Shown: positions 16,767 to 26,266 of the stretch, piece after piece
How positions within the stretch are numbered: position 1 is the stretch's first letter
How the letters are laid out: every line of letters starts with the position of its first letter
Assembly: GCA_021732025.1 (NCBI GenBank)
Contig: JAKFVU010000080.1
Coordinates: 162,656 to 226,655 of the forward strand
Reading direction: 5' to 3'
Length of the DNA stretch: 64,000 nucleotides
Source: Candidatus Obscuribacterales bacterium
Lineage (GTDB): Bacteria; Cyanobacteriota; Vampirovibrionia; Obscuribacterales; Obscuribacteraceae
Program-made: the position numbers and the translations under genes
Notes under the pieces: generated by a model
Database searches by the model: none
The model's input: the letters and a program-made list of their open reading frames with translations, nothing else
Told to the model about the DNA's origin: nothing

Positions 16767-18548
16767 TTATTTCACTTTGCCAATCGAAGCCAACTTAAGG
16801 CGGGCATCGGCCGAATAGTCAGAGTTTTCAGAGATTTTCAAAGCTCTCTTAAACTGCTCTTTGGCCTCTTCCGCTTTATGCTTCTTCATCATGATCAAGC
16901 CCATGCGGTAGAAGGCCTCTCCTAGCCGCTGATCATTACGAGTGGCATTTTCATATGAAACCATAGCGCGATCGAGATCGCCCTGGCTTTCGTAAGCAGT
17001 GCCAAGATTGTAGTGGGCAACAGCTAATTTAGGGCTGAGCTTGACTGACGTTTCCCAATTTTTAATGGCACCAGGCACATCTTTCTGGGCTCGAAGTGCA
17101 GCACCTACGCCATTGTAGGTAATGGCATCAGAAGGATTAATGGCCAAAGCTTTGCGGAATTCGGAGAGTGCATTGGCATAATTATGTTGTTGATTGTATG
17201 CCAAACCTAAGTTACTGTGAGCATCTCCAAGTTCAGCGTCGATAGCCAAAGCAGCTTTATAGTCAGCAATTGCCTGAGCCACCTGCCCTGACAAATGCTC
17301 TTTTACAGCCTTGTTGAAGAATCGACGTGCTTGAATTTTGGGGTTGTTAACACCTTCATTAGTCTCGGCAGGGGCAGCTTGATCGGCGGCTGCGGTGGCT
17401 TCAGGTGCGGCAGTTTCCGTTTTCTCTTCAACGTTGTTTTGATTTGAAGCGGCCTGGGTTTCGCCCTGCGCCATTGCCACTTCATTCTCGGGCTGCTCAG
17501 CAGCTGCCTGCGCCACTGGCGCTGTTCTCTGGACGGGTGCATTTTTTTGAACTGGCGGCTCGACAGAGGCTTCCTTTTCTATTGCTTCTGCGGCCTCGGC
17601 AATTGAATTTGCCCCTGGTGAAGGAGCGGCCGCAGAAGTTATTTGTACATCCGGAGTAGTATCACGCAACTGTACTTCTGGTTTTGGGCCACGAGCTTGA
17701 GCAGTTTCACCAACAACATCTCCGCCACCGCCAACAGTATCAGCTGCTTGCGGTTTTTTTCCAACCGGCAAGGTGGCATTGAGGTCGGTTTGAATAGCAG
17801 GAGTTTGCAGGGCAGCCGCACTAATTAAGGGTTTGAAGCCTTTGACCACTCCTTTTAGCTCATCAGCGCTGCCTTTGCGAGGGCCCCACTCGCCTTTATC
17901 ATCCGGCTGTTCGGGTTTTTGTGCCTCCAAAGCTTTTTCATATTGGCTGTAGGCATCAGCTCCAGGGGCAGAGGCGACTTCTGGGGCGGCAGCAGCTACT
18001 GTAACCGGCTGAGTGTATTCGTCATTCAAGCCAAGCGAAACGGCACCATCCAAAATTCGCAGTGCTGCTTTGATTTTGGCTGGGATAGCCAAATCGAAAG
18101 CCACGCGTACAGTTGGAGTATCTTTTACAGGAGTGAGAAAACGCACTTTTCTAATTCCAGGAAATACCCGGTTAACCTCGACTGAGAGGTCATCGGCGCT
18201 AGGCATAGTGGCGGTGTCAACAACAGTACTAGGTAGATCAATAATCAGTCGGTGATCGGGCGACGGCATTTCGAACAACTGAGGAGCGGCTTTCACTCCA
18301 CCGCTCGAGTATTCGAAAACGATAAAGCGATTGGCGTCTACTGAGATTTTGCGCAGTGAGGCGGTTTCAGCAGTTTGAGCATGGGCTGTAGGGCATAGAC
18401 TGCCTGACAGACTGACTGTCATGGCTAGACTAAAGGCTAAGGCTGGCGTTAAGCGCAAGGTCAACTTGAGAACCTGTCTTTTGAGCCAGTCTCTATTTAG
18501 AACTTCACTTTTCCGACCTGATGCTGGTGAATATTTCTTCTCAGCCAT
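16767..18548 (-). CDS. AMIN-domain / TPR-repeat protein with Pro/Ala/Glu-rich linker
   Basis: 593 aa. Signal/anchor segment, then an AMIN-like beta-rich region (RFIVFEYS...HRLIIDLPSTVV...VRVAFDLAIPAK), a low-complexity linker, and at least 5 C-terminal TPR units (e.g. AHSNLGLAYNQQHNYANALSEFRKALAINP). Confidence 0.65.
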   Translation of the reverse strand: MAEKKYSPASGRKSEVLNRDWLKRQVLKLTLRLTPALAFSLAMTVSLSGSLCPTAHAQTAETASLRKISVDANRFIVFEYSSGGVKAAPQLFEMPSPDHRLIIDLPSTVVDTATMPSADDLSVEVNRVFPGIRKVRFLTPVKDTPTVRVAFDLAIPAKIKAALRILDGAVSLGLNDEYTQPVTVAAAAPEVASAPGADAYSQYEKALEAQKPEQPDDKGEWGPRKGSADELKGVVKGFKPLISAAALQTPAIQTDLNATLPVGKKPQAADTVGGGGDVVGETAQARGPKPEVQLRDTTPDVQITSAAAPSPGANSIAEAAEAIEKEASVEPPVQKNAPVQRTAPVAQAAAEQPENEVAMAQGETQAASNQNNVEEKTETAAPEATAAADQAAPAETNEGVNNPKIQARRFFNKAVKEHLSGQVAQAIADYKAALAIDAELGDAHSNLGLAYNQQHNYANALSEFRKALAINPSDAITYNGVGAALRAQKDVPGAIKNWETSVKLSPKLAVAHYNLGTAYESQGDLDRAMVSYENATRNDQRLGEAFYRMGLIMMKKHKAEEAKEQFKRALKISENSDYSADARLKLASIGKVK

Positions 18549-18727
18549 TTCGTCCCCACATTTTCTCGGCTCTACACTGGCAAAGTTTACCTAATAGGTG
18601 GCCCTCCGTTGCAGGCGATCTGCTTAACCAAGCGCTATTTTAAGTTAGGCCATATTTAAACTTGGCGACTATAGCCGTATCATGTAGCTGTTGGTTTAGC
18701 TCTCAGCTATCGGTCCAGGAAATTTCA

Positions 18728-19171
18728 ATGCAATCGCGCCGCCCATCTCGCTGCTCATTTAAATCGGCCCAGCTAACGCTTACCCTACTTAGCTTTGCCG
18801 CCTTACAAATGTCATGGGCACAGCCTAGCGAGGCGCGTCGAGATAACCTAGTTGAACCGCCCGCAGTTGAAGCACCCGTCGACATAATAGTTACTCCTCC
18901 TGGAGAAGAGGCCTATTTTCCAGTCCGACCTGATGGTCAGCCCTTTCTTGTCAACATCGATACTACTGTCAACCTCACCGACAAAATCAACGGCTTCTAT
19001 TATGATCCGAAATTTAGAGGCGAGGTTTGGGCTCCTTTCGACCAGGTGAGCTTGATTGAAAGAGCCACCCGAATGATGGCTACTTGGCCCGAATACGATC
19101 AATTTAGCATTTTGCGTAAGTTCAATGGCGTCCATAAATTCTTCGAAAAATATTCTGGTTTCGGCCCCTAA
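18728..19171 (+). CDS. secreted hypothetical protein
   Basis: ATG at 18728 preceded by AGGA. Signal-like N-terminus (LTLTLLSFAALQMSWAQPSEA). Confidence 0.5.
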   Translation: MQSRRPSRCSFKSAQLTLTLLSFAALQMSWAQPSEARRDNLVEPPAVEAPVDIIVTPPGEEAYFPVRPDGQPFLVNIDTTVNLTDKINGFYYDPKFRGEVWAPFDQVSLIERATRMMATWPEYDQFSILRKFNGVHKFFEKYSGFGP

Positions 19172-19187
19172 ACTAATAATTGAATAA

Positions 19188-19619
19188 ATGATGTCTACTG
19201 ACGACGACCAAACTGGCAAGAATACAAAACGCTTAGATCACATTGCCATTGCAGTGCATTCAATAGCAGAATCGTTGCCATTCTATGAAAGCTTGGGCTT
19301 AAAAAGACTTGAGATAGAAATAGTAGAAGAGCAGGGCGTAAAAGTTGCCAAGCTGGACATCGGAAACACCCATATCGAGCTATTAGAGCCACTTTCACCT
19401 GATACACCGGTGGGGAAATTCCTCGCCCAAAAAGGCCCAGGACTGCATCATATTTGTATCGGTGTAGCTGATATCGAAGCCGACTTGGCCAAGTTGAAAA
19501 GCAGCGGCACCAAGCTTATCAATGAGACAGCTAAAATTGGCGCTGGGGGCGCAAAAATCGCCTTTGTACACCCCAAGGCCACTGGCGGCGTGCTGCTCGA
19601 ACTGTCACAGCCGACCTGA
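19188..19619 (+). CDS. mce: methylmalonyl-CoA epimerase (VOC/glyoxalase fold)
   Basis: 143 aa. LDHIAIAV...FYE.LGL...GPGLHHICIGV.DIEA....L...G...I......GA.G..IAFVHPK...GVLLEL is the typical epimerase pattern. Confidence 0.75.
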   Translation: MMSTDDDQTGKNTKRLDHIAIAVHSIAESLPFYESLGLKRLEIEIVEEQGVKVAKLDIGNTHIELLEPLSPDTPVGKFLAQKGPGLHHICIGVADIEADLAKLKSSGTKLINETAKIGAGGAKIAFVHPKATGGVLLELSQPT

Positions 19620-19765
19620 CATTACAATAGGTATCAAAAACATTGATGTTTTTGTGCGTTTTCGCCGCTCTCTGGCCCCTCTCTGGTACATTTGGCCTTT
19701 GTAATCAAGCCGGGGCCTACTTGGCGTTGACGCTACAACCAATTGTTACCATTGGAGGCTAACTC

Positions 19766-20833
19766 ATGCCAACTATGACCGAACTATCAAAGATTGAAAA
19801 AGCCTTGGGCAAAGAGGCTTCTTACTTCCTCGAACACCAGAGCAAGGGTTTCCCCAAAGAGCACCTTCATCTACCTGGTCCTGACTTTGTGGACCGCATC
19901 GGCATGATTTCTGACCGCTCACCACGTGTGCTACAAAGCCTACAAACTCTTTTCAACACAGGCCGCCTAGCCAACACCGGCTATCTTTCAATCCTTCCTG
20001 TTGACCAAGGCATCGAGCACTCAGCTGGCGCATCTTTTGCCAAAAATCCAATCTATTTTGATGGCGAAAACATCATCAAGCTGGCAATTGAAGGCGGCTG
20101 CAACGCTGTTGCTTCAACATTCGGCGTGCTTGGTTCAGTTGCTCGCAAATATGCGCACAAAATTCCTTTCATCGTCAAACTTAACCACAACGAATTCTTG
20201 AGCTATCCAAATGGCTACGACCAAATTATGTTTGGTTCAGTCAAACAAGCCTGGGATATGGGTGCTGTGGCTGTTGGCGCAACAATCTATTTTGGTTCTG
20301 AAGAATCAACTAGACAAATTCAAGAAGTTTCTAAAGCCTTCAAAGAAGCTCACGATCTAGGCATGGCTACCATTTTGTGGTGCTATTTGCGCAACGGCGC
20401 ATTCAAAGTTGGTGATACCGATTATTCACTAGCTGCCGACCTTTCTGGACAAGCCAACCATCTTGGCGTCACTATCGAAGCTGACATCATCAAACAAAAA
20501 TTGCCTGAGAATAACGGCGGCTACAACGCTCTTAAATTCGGCAAAACTGATGCTCGCGTTTATAGCGAACTGACCACAGATCACCCAATCGACTTGACTC
20601 GCTATCAAGTAGCTAACTGCTACATGGGCAGACAAGGCCTGATCAACTCAGGTGGTGCCTCTGGTGCTAACGATTTAGAGCAAGCTATTATGACTGCTGT
20701 TGTGAACAAGAGAGCTGGCGGAACAGGCCTAATCTCTGGTCGTAAAGCATTCCAAAAACCAATGCAAGACGGTGTTGAATTGCTCAATGCTATTCAAGAT
20801 GTCTACCTCTGTGAGCAAGTAACTATCGCCTAA
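19766..20833 (+). CDS. fbaB: class I fructose-bisphosphate aldolase (FbaB/DhnA type)
   Basis: 355 aa, near-colinear with E. coli FbaB ([69 protein letters not shown]). Confidence 0.9.
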   Translation: MPTMTELSKIEKALGKEASYFLEHQSKGFPKEHLHLPGPDFVDRIGMISDRSPRVLQSLQTLFNTGRLANTGYLSILPVDQGIEHSAGASFAKNPIYFDGENIIKLAIEGGCNAVASTFGVLGSVARKYAHKIPFIVKLNHNEFLSYPNGYDQIMFGSVKQAWDMGAVAVGATIYFGSEESTRQIQEVSKAFKEAHDLGMATILWCYLRNGAFKVGDTDYSLAADLSGQANHLGVTIEADIIKQKLPENNGGYNALKFGKTDARVYSELTTDHPIDLTRYQVANCYMGRQGLINSGGASGANDLEQAIMTAVVNKRAGGTGLISGRKAFQKPMQDGVELLNAIQDVYLCEQVTIA

Positions 20834-20881
20834 GGCATACTTCTCCTAGCTAGGCTAACTAACAGGTAGAAAAAATCAAAA

Positions 20882-20916
20882 GGGTCGTTCTCAATTTGCG
20901 AGCGACCCTTTTTTTT
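20882..20916 (+). terminator. Rho-independent terminator after fbaB
   Basis: GGGTCGTTC ... GAGCGACCC stem followed by an 8-nt T run. Confidence 0.85.
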
Positions 20917-21160
20917 GTGGACAATGGCTAGAACCTAATAGAATCAAGACACAGTCAAATTATTAGAGTAGTCAATTATTTAAATTCTCTGTTGTTTAGC
21001 AGAAATGATCGAGCCTTCTGATAAAGTGCTAAGTCGCAAGAACGCGCAGCATAATCTCTTCAAATGTAGAGCCAATTTGCCGATTTTCGGGTATCCCAAA
21101 CAAAGCTAAAAGTACCTTGCACGAATATTCTGCACGAGTACGCTTCTAAGAGGTCCGACA

Positions 21161-22951
21161 TTGTCTGTGAGCACATACATTTCTGATTTGCCTATTGGCG
21201 AAATTCTTATTCAAGCAGGTTTAGTATCGCAAGGGCAGCTAGACGAAGTTGTGCGCGATACTGGCACAAGGCCACGTTTACTGGGTAAGACACTAATTGC
21301 TCGCGGCTGGCTCAAACCTGAACAATTACGAGCTGCTCTTGAAGCCCAATCGCTTTTGCGCGATGGCATCGTCGATTCGTTTAGAGCTTTAAAAGCTTTA
21401 GGGATTGCCTGCAATTTAGATAAGTCATTTGAAGAAGCCTTGCAAGAAATCTCGGCTTCAGCGGCAAGTGGCTCAAATAAAGCAACTACCTGCAAGCTTG
21501 GTGAACTCTTAATAGATGCTGCAATTATTGACAAAGAAGAAATGCGAAAAGCGCATGAACGCAGCCTCGATCGCGGTGAGCCACTAGGGGTGGTGCTCGT
21601 CGCCGAGGGTCTCTTGACTGAGTCATATTTAGACGCGGCACTAGAGCTACAGGTGCGAGTGCGTGATGGCATGTTCTCTCGTGAACAAGCTATCGCTGCT
21701 CTCAAACAAGATCCTCGTCGTCTGCTCGACATGATTGCACCAAATATGAAAGCAGACGAAGGTCTAAAGCTAAAAACTAAAGCAGCCATTCGCCTCGGTG
21801 AACTGCTAATGCGCGCAGGGATAGTCTCTCAGAGTGATGTACTGCAAGCCTTAGAGTTGTCTCTGGCGCACGGTCACCCTATTGGCGAAATGTTTGTGGC
21901 TCGCGGCTTCGTCACACGAGCTTTGCTAGATGCTGCACTGTCTCTGCAGCAGATGATAACCGCTGCCCACCTCAGCATTGGCGAAGCCACAGCTTGCCTA
22001 GTTAAGGTCTTCAATAGCGACAAAGCTGTATCAGAATGTCTATTAGAGCTCAATTTTCTCAAATACCAACCGCCTAGCGAAGCCGTGGGTGGCAAAGTTC
22101 GCCCCGGTCGCAAGCCCACACAAAGTCAGCCAGACAACAGAGCTACAGTTACCGAGCTACCAGCCTTAAACTTCCCCAAAGCTGCTCCGCTTAAAAGTGA
22201 TGTAGAAGCAAAGCTCGCAGCCAAGCTAGAAGCAGAGCTTGAGGCTAAACTCGAAGCAGAAATCAAAGCTGAAATTCTCAATCTGGCGGATCGCACTGAC
22301 GAGCAAGAGCAAGAGCAAGTGCAAGAACAAGAGCAAGTGCAATTGCTAGTAGAAGTTTTGCCCAGCGAAGAAGAATATATTGCAGCCAATTTTGCGGCAA
22401 ACTACGCCTACGTGCAGGGCGATCGTCCCGAATTTTACGAGAGCCTGCGCGATGCCTATTCGCGACTTGGCCGAGTGATGATGAAACGCCAAGAGCTAAT
22501 CGACTCAGAAGATTTGCTCAAAGTTGCCTCTGACATTTCTACCACTGAAAAGCTACTAGAAAAACAGCCTGAAGACTTGATGTTCTTAGCTTGCCTCTAT
22601 CTCAAACAAGGCAAGAGTTGGCAGTCAGAAAAGCTTCTCAAGCGCTGCTTGAGCATTTTAGAAGCCTCACCCAATGTCAGCGATCGCCTAGTCGCCCTCT
22701 GCCACCATCGACTTGCCCTGGTCTATTGTCACTTGAGCTTACTTTTCAAAGCCGAAAAGCATTTCAAAAAAGCAAGCGAACTGATGAGTGCCAGCGATCA
22801 AGGCGCATTAAACCGCCTGACGCAAAGACGACTAGCAGCAATATTGAAAGACTATGCAGTCTTACTTAATCGCATGAGACGCGAATCTGAAGCTGACAAA
22901 TATTACGCTCAGGCGCGGAAAATTCTATCGTCTTCGATTCTCACTGGCTGA
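21161..22951 (+). CDS. protein with three MshEN/T2SSE_N-like repeat units, charged coiled-coil linker and C-terminal TPR region
   Basis: 596 aa with a TTG start. Three units each consist of a 24-aa motif, a 5-aa spacer and a second 24-aa motif. Example: RLGELLMRAGIVSQSDVLQALELS-LAHGH-PIGEMFVARGFVTRALLDAALSLQ. The linker contains an EAKLEAELEAKLEAEIKAEI / EQEQEQVQEQEQVQ tract. The C-terminus has TPR-like helices. Confidence 0.7.
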   Translation: MSVSTYISDLPIGEILIQAGLVSQGQLDEVVRDTGTRPRLLGKTLIARGWLKPEQLRAALEAQSLLRDGIVDSFRALKALGIACNLDKSFEEALQEISASAASGSNKATTCKLGELLIDAAIIDKEEMRKAHERSLDRGEPLGVVLVAEGLLTESYLDAALELQVRVRDGMFSREQAIAALKQDPRRLLDMIAPNMKADEGLKLKTKAAIRLGELLMRAGIVSQSDVLQALELSLAHGHPIGEMFVARGFVTRALLDAALSLQQMITAAHLSIGEATACLVKVFNSDKAVSECLLELNFLKYQPPSEAVGGKVRPGRKPTQSQPDNRATVTELPALNFPKAAPLKSDVEAKLAAKLEAELEAKLEAEIKAEILNLADRTDEQEQEQVQEQEQVQLLVEVLPSEEEYIAANFAANYAYVQGDRPEFYESLRDAYSRLGRVMMKRQELIDSEDLLKVASDISTTEKLLEKQPEDLMFLACLYLKQGKSWQSEKLLKRCLSILEASPNVSDRLVALCHHRLALVYCHLSLLFKAEKHFKKASELMSASDQGALNRLTQRRLAAILKDYAVLLNRMRRESEADKYYAQARKILSSSILTG

Positions 22952-23200
22952 AGTACGACTTGACGAGACTTACGATAGTTGTCCCAGGCACTACCTGAGC
23001 CAACCGGATTGAGCAGATTTAGTAAAGTGTCGAGCAGATTTGTTGCGGCTTCTGCAATTTTGTCAGTGATTCCATTCATAGTGCTTCCCCTTAGCTTCCT
23101 TTAAGAGAGCGGCCGTTTGGCCTTATTAACTATCTACCCAGCTAGCAGCACAACCTATCTCACGTGTCCGCTTGACAAGACTCGGGTTCAGGCCTTGTGA

Positions 23201-24241
23201 TTGCTATTTACGTCAGATTGCTCATACACTAGAATTGCCACTTTCCCTAAGAGCTATATCCCGACAGTGATTGCGCCGTTATTACTCGTGAGAATACTGT
23301 TCCCAGTGACTGTCTGGTTCATTGGCACATCAGTTAGTTTGCCCCTAGCTCACTCTAAGAACGATCAATATCAAGCAAAATTGCCGGACAAAGAGCAACC
23401 TAAGCAAGTTCAGAAGAAAAAATCAGACGACGACTATCATGTTCCCTTCAAGACCTTGAGCGAGCATGGCCTGCCGGTTGACGAACTAAGCTATCTTCTA
23501 GACAGGCGCAAGGCCAGTGATGTTCGCCGGCTACTTAACAGCACGCCCCTTCACCCGGGAGATGATTTAGAGCGCAAAATGTGGCTTGCTGCTTGCCTTT
23601 GCCGTGAACAACGTTTTGAAGAATCGATTGAACAGTTTGAGAAAATCAAATCGTTAAAGAATGCCCCAACGGCAGTGCTTCTCATGGCCGCTTTGGCCTA
23701 TTCAGAAGATCAGCAATACGAAAAAGCTCTGGGTATTCTCAATGGCATTATTGGCAAAGAAGCAAACTGGCACGCCTACGATCAAAGAGCTGGTTGCTGG
23801 GTGGGTCTAGGCAATCTAGAAGCAGCCAGTCGAGACTTCGAAAAATGTGCCACCTTAGAAAAATGCGCGACTGTGAGGTTTCTCACGAAGGCTGCGGCTA
23901 TGCTCAACAAAGCAGAAAAACCAGGGCAGGCTCTCCCTCTCATAGATAGGGCCATCAAGGCATTAAAAGGCAAAAGTAATCCCAATGTCTACTTGGTTCA
24001 GGCCGAAAGCTACAAGAAACTTGGCCGCTGGCAGGATGGTGTAATCAGCCTAACTGAAGCCATTAAGGTATCGAAAAACTATAGCGAAAATGCCAAACGC
24101 GGCGGCAATTTTCTATTGCCGATTTGCTACAAAGAACGCTCTGTTTGCTATGAGAAACTGGGTAATAGAACATTGGCCCAAGCCGATCTGAACGAGCTAG
24201 ATAAGCTCAGCCGAGCTATTTCTCAAGAAATTGGCGACTAA
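23201..24241 (+). CDS. membrane-anchored TPR-repeat protein
   Basis: 346 aa with a TTG start. N-terminal hydrophobic helices followed by several TPR-like units. Confidence 0.6.
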   Translation: MLFTSDCSYTRIATFPKSYIPTVIAPLLLVRILFPVTVWFIGTSVSLPLAHSKNDQYQAKLPDKEQPKQVQKKKSDDDYHVPFKTLSEHGLPVDELSYLLDRRKASDVRRLLNSTPLHPGDDLERKMWLAACLCREQRFEESIEQFEKIKSLKNAPTAVLLMAALAYSEDQQYEKALGILNGIIGKEANWHAYDQRAGCWVGLGNLEAASRDFEKCATLEKCATVRFLTKAAAMLNKAEKPGQALPLIDRAIKALKGKSNPNVYLVQAESYKKLGRWQDGVISLTEAIKVSKNYSENAKRGGNFLLPICYKERSVCYEKLGNRTLAQADLNELDKLSRAISQEIGD

Positions 24242-25042
24242 TTAAACAACAAGTTTAGCCAAAGCACCTCGTTCACGAGCACTATTCAGCATGGCACCGA
24301 AGAAAATACTGACGGCAATAAAGTAGAACACATTAAGGCCACTAGCAGTGACTAGATAATTGGTTATATCTCCATGACCAGAAAGTACCGCTCTCATCCC
24401 TTCAAAGACATAGGTGGCTGGCACCATATACGCCACCGGCTGCAACCATTCAGGCAGCACAGAAACGGGGTAAAAAACAGCCGAGATTGGCTGTATTAGG
24501 AAGGGCACAGCCCAGGCCAGAGCCTCAGCTTGGTGGCCGAAACGAAAAATCAACGATGTCGTAAACATACCTAGCGACCAGCCCATGAAGAGCAAGTTAA
24601 GAAAGAGGGGTATCAAAGCAAAGCTAATAGTGAGAATGTTAAAGGCATAGAGAGCAAAAGCAAGCCCTGACATAATTAGGCTGACAGCAAAAATTTGTGT
24701 TAGGCCGACGACAAAAGTTGAGGCGACAAATTCTGCCACCGTGATTGGTGCGACAAAGGCATTGAGCAAATTGCGCGACCAAAGATCTTCAAGAAAAGAA
24801 ACCGAGATAGATTGCTGAGCGCGGTTGAGGATGTTGAAGAAAATAATGGCGCCAATGAGAAAAGTGATGGCAGTAGGGTTAGCGCTATCTAGCCGCATGA
24901 AATATTTGGCCACAAAGCCCCAGACGATTAGGTCCATTACAGGCCAGAAAATGACATCTAATACTCTGAATCCACTGCGGGTATAGATGTAAAAATAACG
25001 ATGACAGAGCCCCAACACTCGCCCTGGACGCACTAGAATCAT
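24242..25042 (-). CDS. ABC-2 type transporter permease
   Basis: 266 aa with about 6 TM helices. A 4-nt overlap with the upstream ATPase gene suggests translational coupling. Confidence 0.75.
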   Translation of the reverse strand: MILVRPGRVLGLCHRYFYIYTRSGFRVLDVIFWPVMDLIVWGFVAKYFMRLDSANPTAITFLIGAIIFFNILNRAQQSISVSFLEDLWSRNLLNAFVAPITVAEFVASTFVVGLTQIFAVSLIMSGLAFALYAFNILTISFALIPLFLNLLFMGWSLGMFTTSLIFRFGHQAEALAWAVPFLIQPISAVFYPVSVLPEWLQPVAYMVPATYVFEGMRAVLSGHGDITNYLVTASGLNVFYFIAVSIFFGAMLNSARERGALAKLVV

Positions 25043-25833
25043 AAGCGCTCTCCACTGACAAAGCTTGTGGTTACTTGATTGCGAGCAATGGCAATAAATA
25101 CTTCTTCTAGGGTTTCTTGACCAAACTGAGCGAGAATAGCCTCAGAACTACCTTCAGCTATTATCTTGCCTTGATGCAAGAACAATACGCGTTGGCATAA
25201 CTCTTGTACATCGCGCATATTATGCGAAGTGTAGAGCACCGTCATGTGACGTTCAGCTTGCACTTGGGCCAATAGCTTACGAACTTTGTCGGCTATATCG
25301 GGGTCAAGACTTGCAGTTGGTTCATCTAGCAGGAGAAATTCGGGGTCGTTGAGCAAGGCTTTGCAGAGATTCACCCGGGTTGACTCACCTGATGAAAGGC
25401 CTCCAGTCATCTTCTGAGCCAAGTGTCCAACCTCAAATAGTTCTAGTAGGTCACTTATTTTCTTCTTGCGATTGCTCACGCCATAGAGCTGGGCAAAAAC
25501 GTCGAGATTTTCTACAACCTTGAGGTTATAAGGCAAGGCCACGTATGCCGATGAAAAATTGCAGCGTGCTAAAACAGCCACCCGCTCTTTCCAGGGGTCC
25601 ATGCCAAAAATTGAAACCTGGCCCGATGTCTGAGCAATTAGTCCAAGCAAGATTTGAATAGTAGTCGATTTACCGGCACCATTGGCACCAAGTAAGCCAA
25701 CTACTTCGCCACGCTTGATCTCGAAAGAAATTTCGTCAATGGCAACGGCCTTGCCGAAAGACTTATGCAACTTCGCAACCGCGACAATAGTTTCAGGTTC
25801 AAGTTCAGTTTTGCTTTTAATATCCGCTGCCAT
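25039..25833 (-). CDS. ABC transporter ATP-binding protein
   Basis: Walker A GANGAGKSTT, signature LSSGES, Walker B LLLDEPTASLD, H-loop SHNM. Confidence 0.9.
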   Translation of the reverse strand: MAADIKSKTELEPETIVAVAKLHKSFGKAVAIDEISFEIKRGEVVGLLGANGAGKSTTIQILLGLIAQTSGQVSIFGMDPWKERVAVLARCNFSSAYVALPYNLKVVENLDVFAQLYGVSNRKKKISDLLELFEVGHLAQKMTGGLSSGESTRVNLCKALLNDPEFLLLDEPTASLDPDIADKVRKLLAQVQAERHMTVLYTSHNMRDVQELCQRVLFLHQGKIIAEGSSEAILAQFGQETLEEVFIAIARNQVTTSFVSGERL

Positions 25834-26266
25834 GATTGGCTAAGTTTAGCAGTGCTCGCAATTAATTAGTGCCAGCAAGAGATTAAGACCTAGCGCTAGC
25901 TTAACTATCTTCTTTAGGTTAAACCACTTGAGATATACCTACGGGTGAGAATAAATCTCCCCGTTTAGTATGGCTTTTGAGTGTTTGCGAAATCTAGGGT
26001 GAAGGTTCTAACCCTCTTTCCTCAACTCAACATCTACAAGCCCCCTATCTAATACCCACACTCTTCATCTCTCTTGCGACAACCCCCACGGCTGTTGCGT
26101 ATTGAGTCACGTTTTTGCCACTCAGTTATGAGCGCGCATAAATCTAGAAGTGCAAAGTTTAGCTAGGTTGTTTGCTGACCTGTTTTTTTGACGAAGGAAT
26201 TTCTTGTAAATGGGCACCAGCGGTGCTCATCAACGTTTCAACAACGAAATTAAAACGGAGAACACT

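Noticed and set aside
22909-23079. 56-aa minus-strand ORF (MNGITDKIAEAATNLLDTLLNLLNPVGSGS...) convergent with gene 21161..22951 and overlapping its 3' end by 43 nt
   Set aside because: The N-terminus is plausible as an amphipathic helix and a GGGGA lies upstream. The ORF is short, overlaps a supported gene and has no recognisable family, so the evidence is too thin to call. Ribo-seq or a conservation check would decide.
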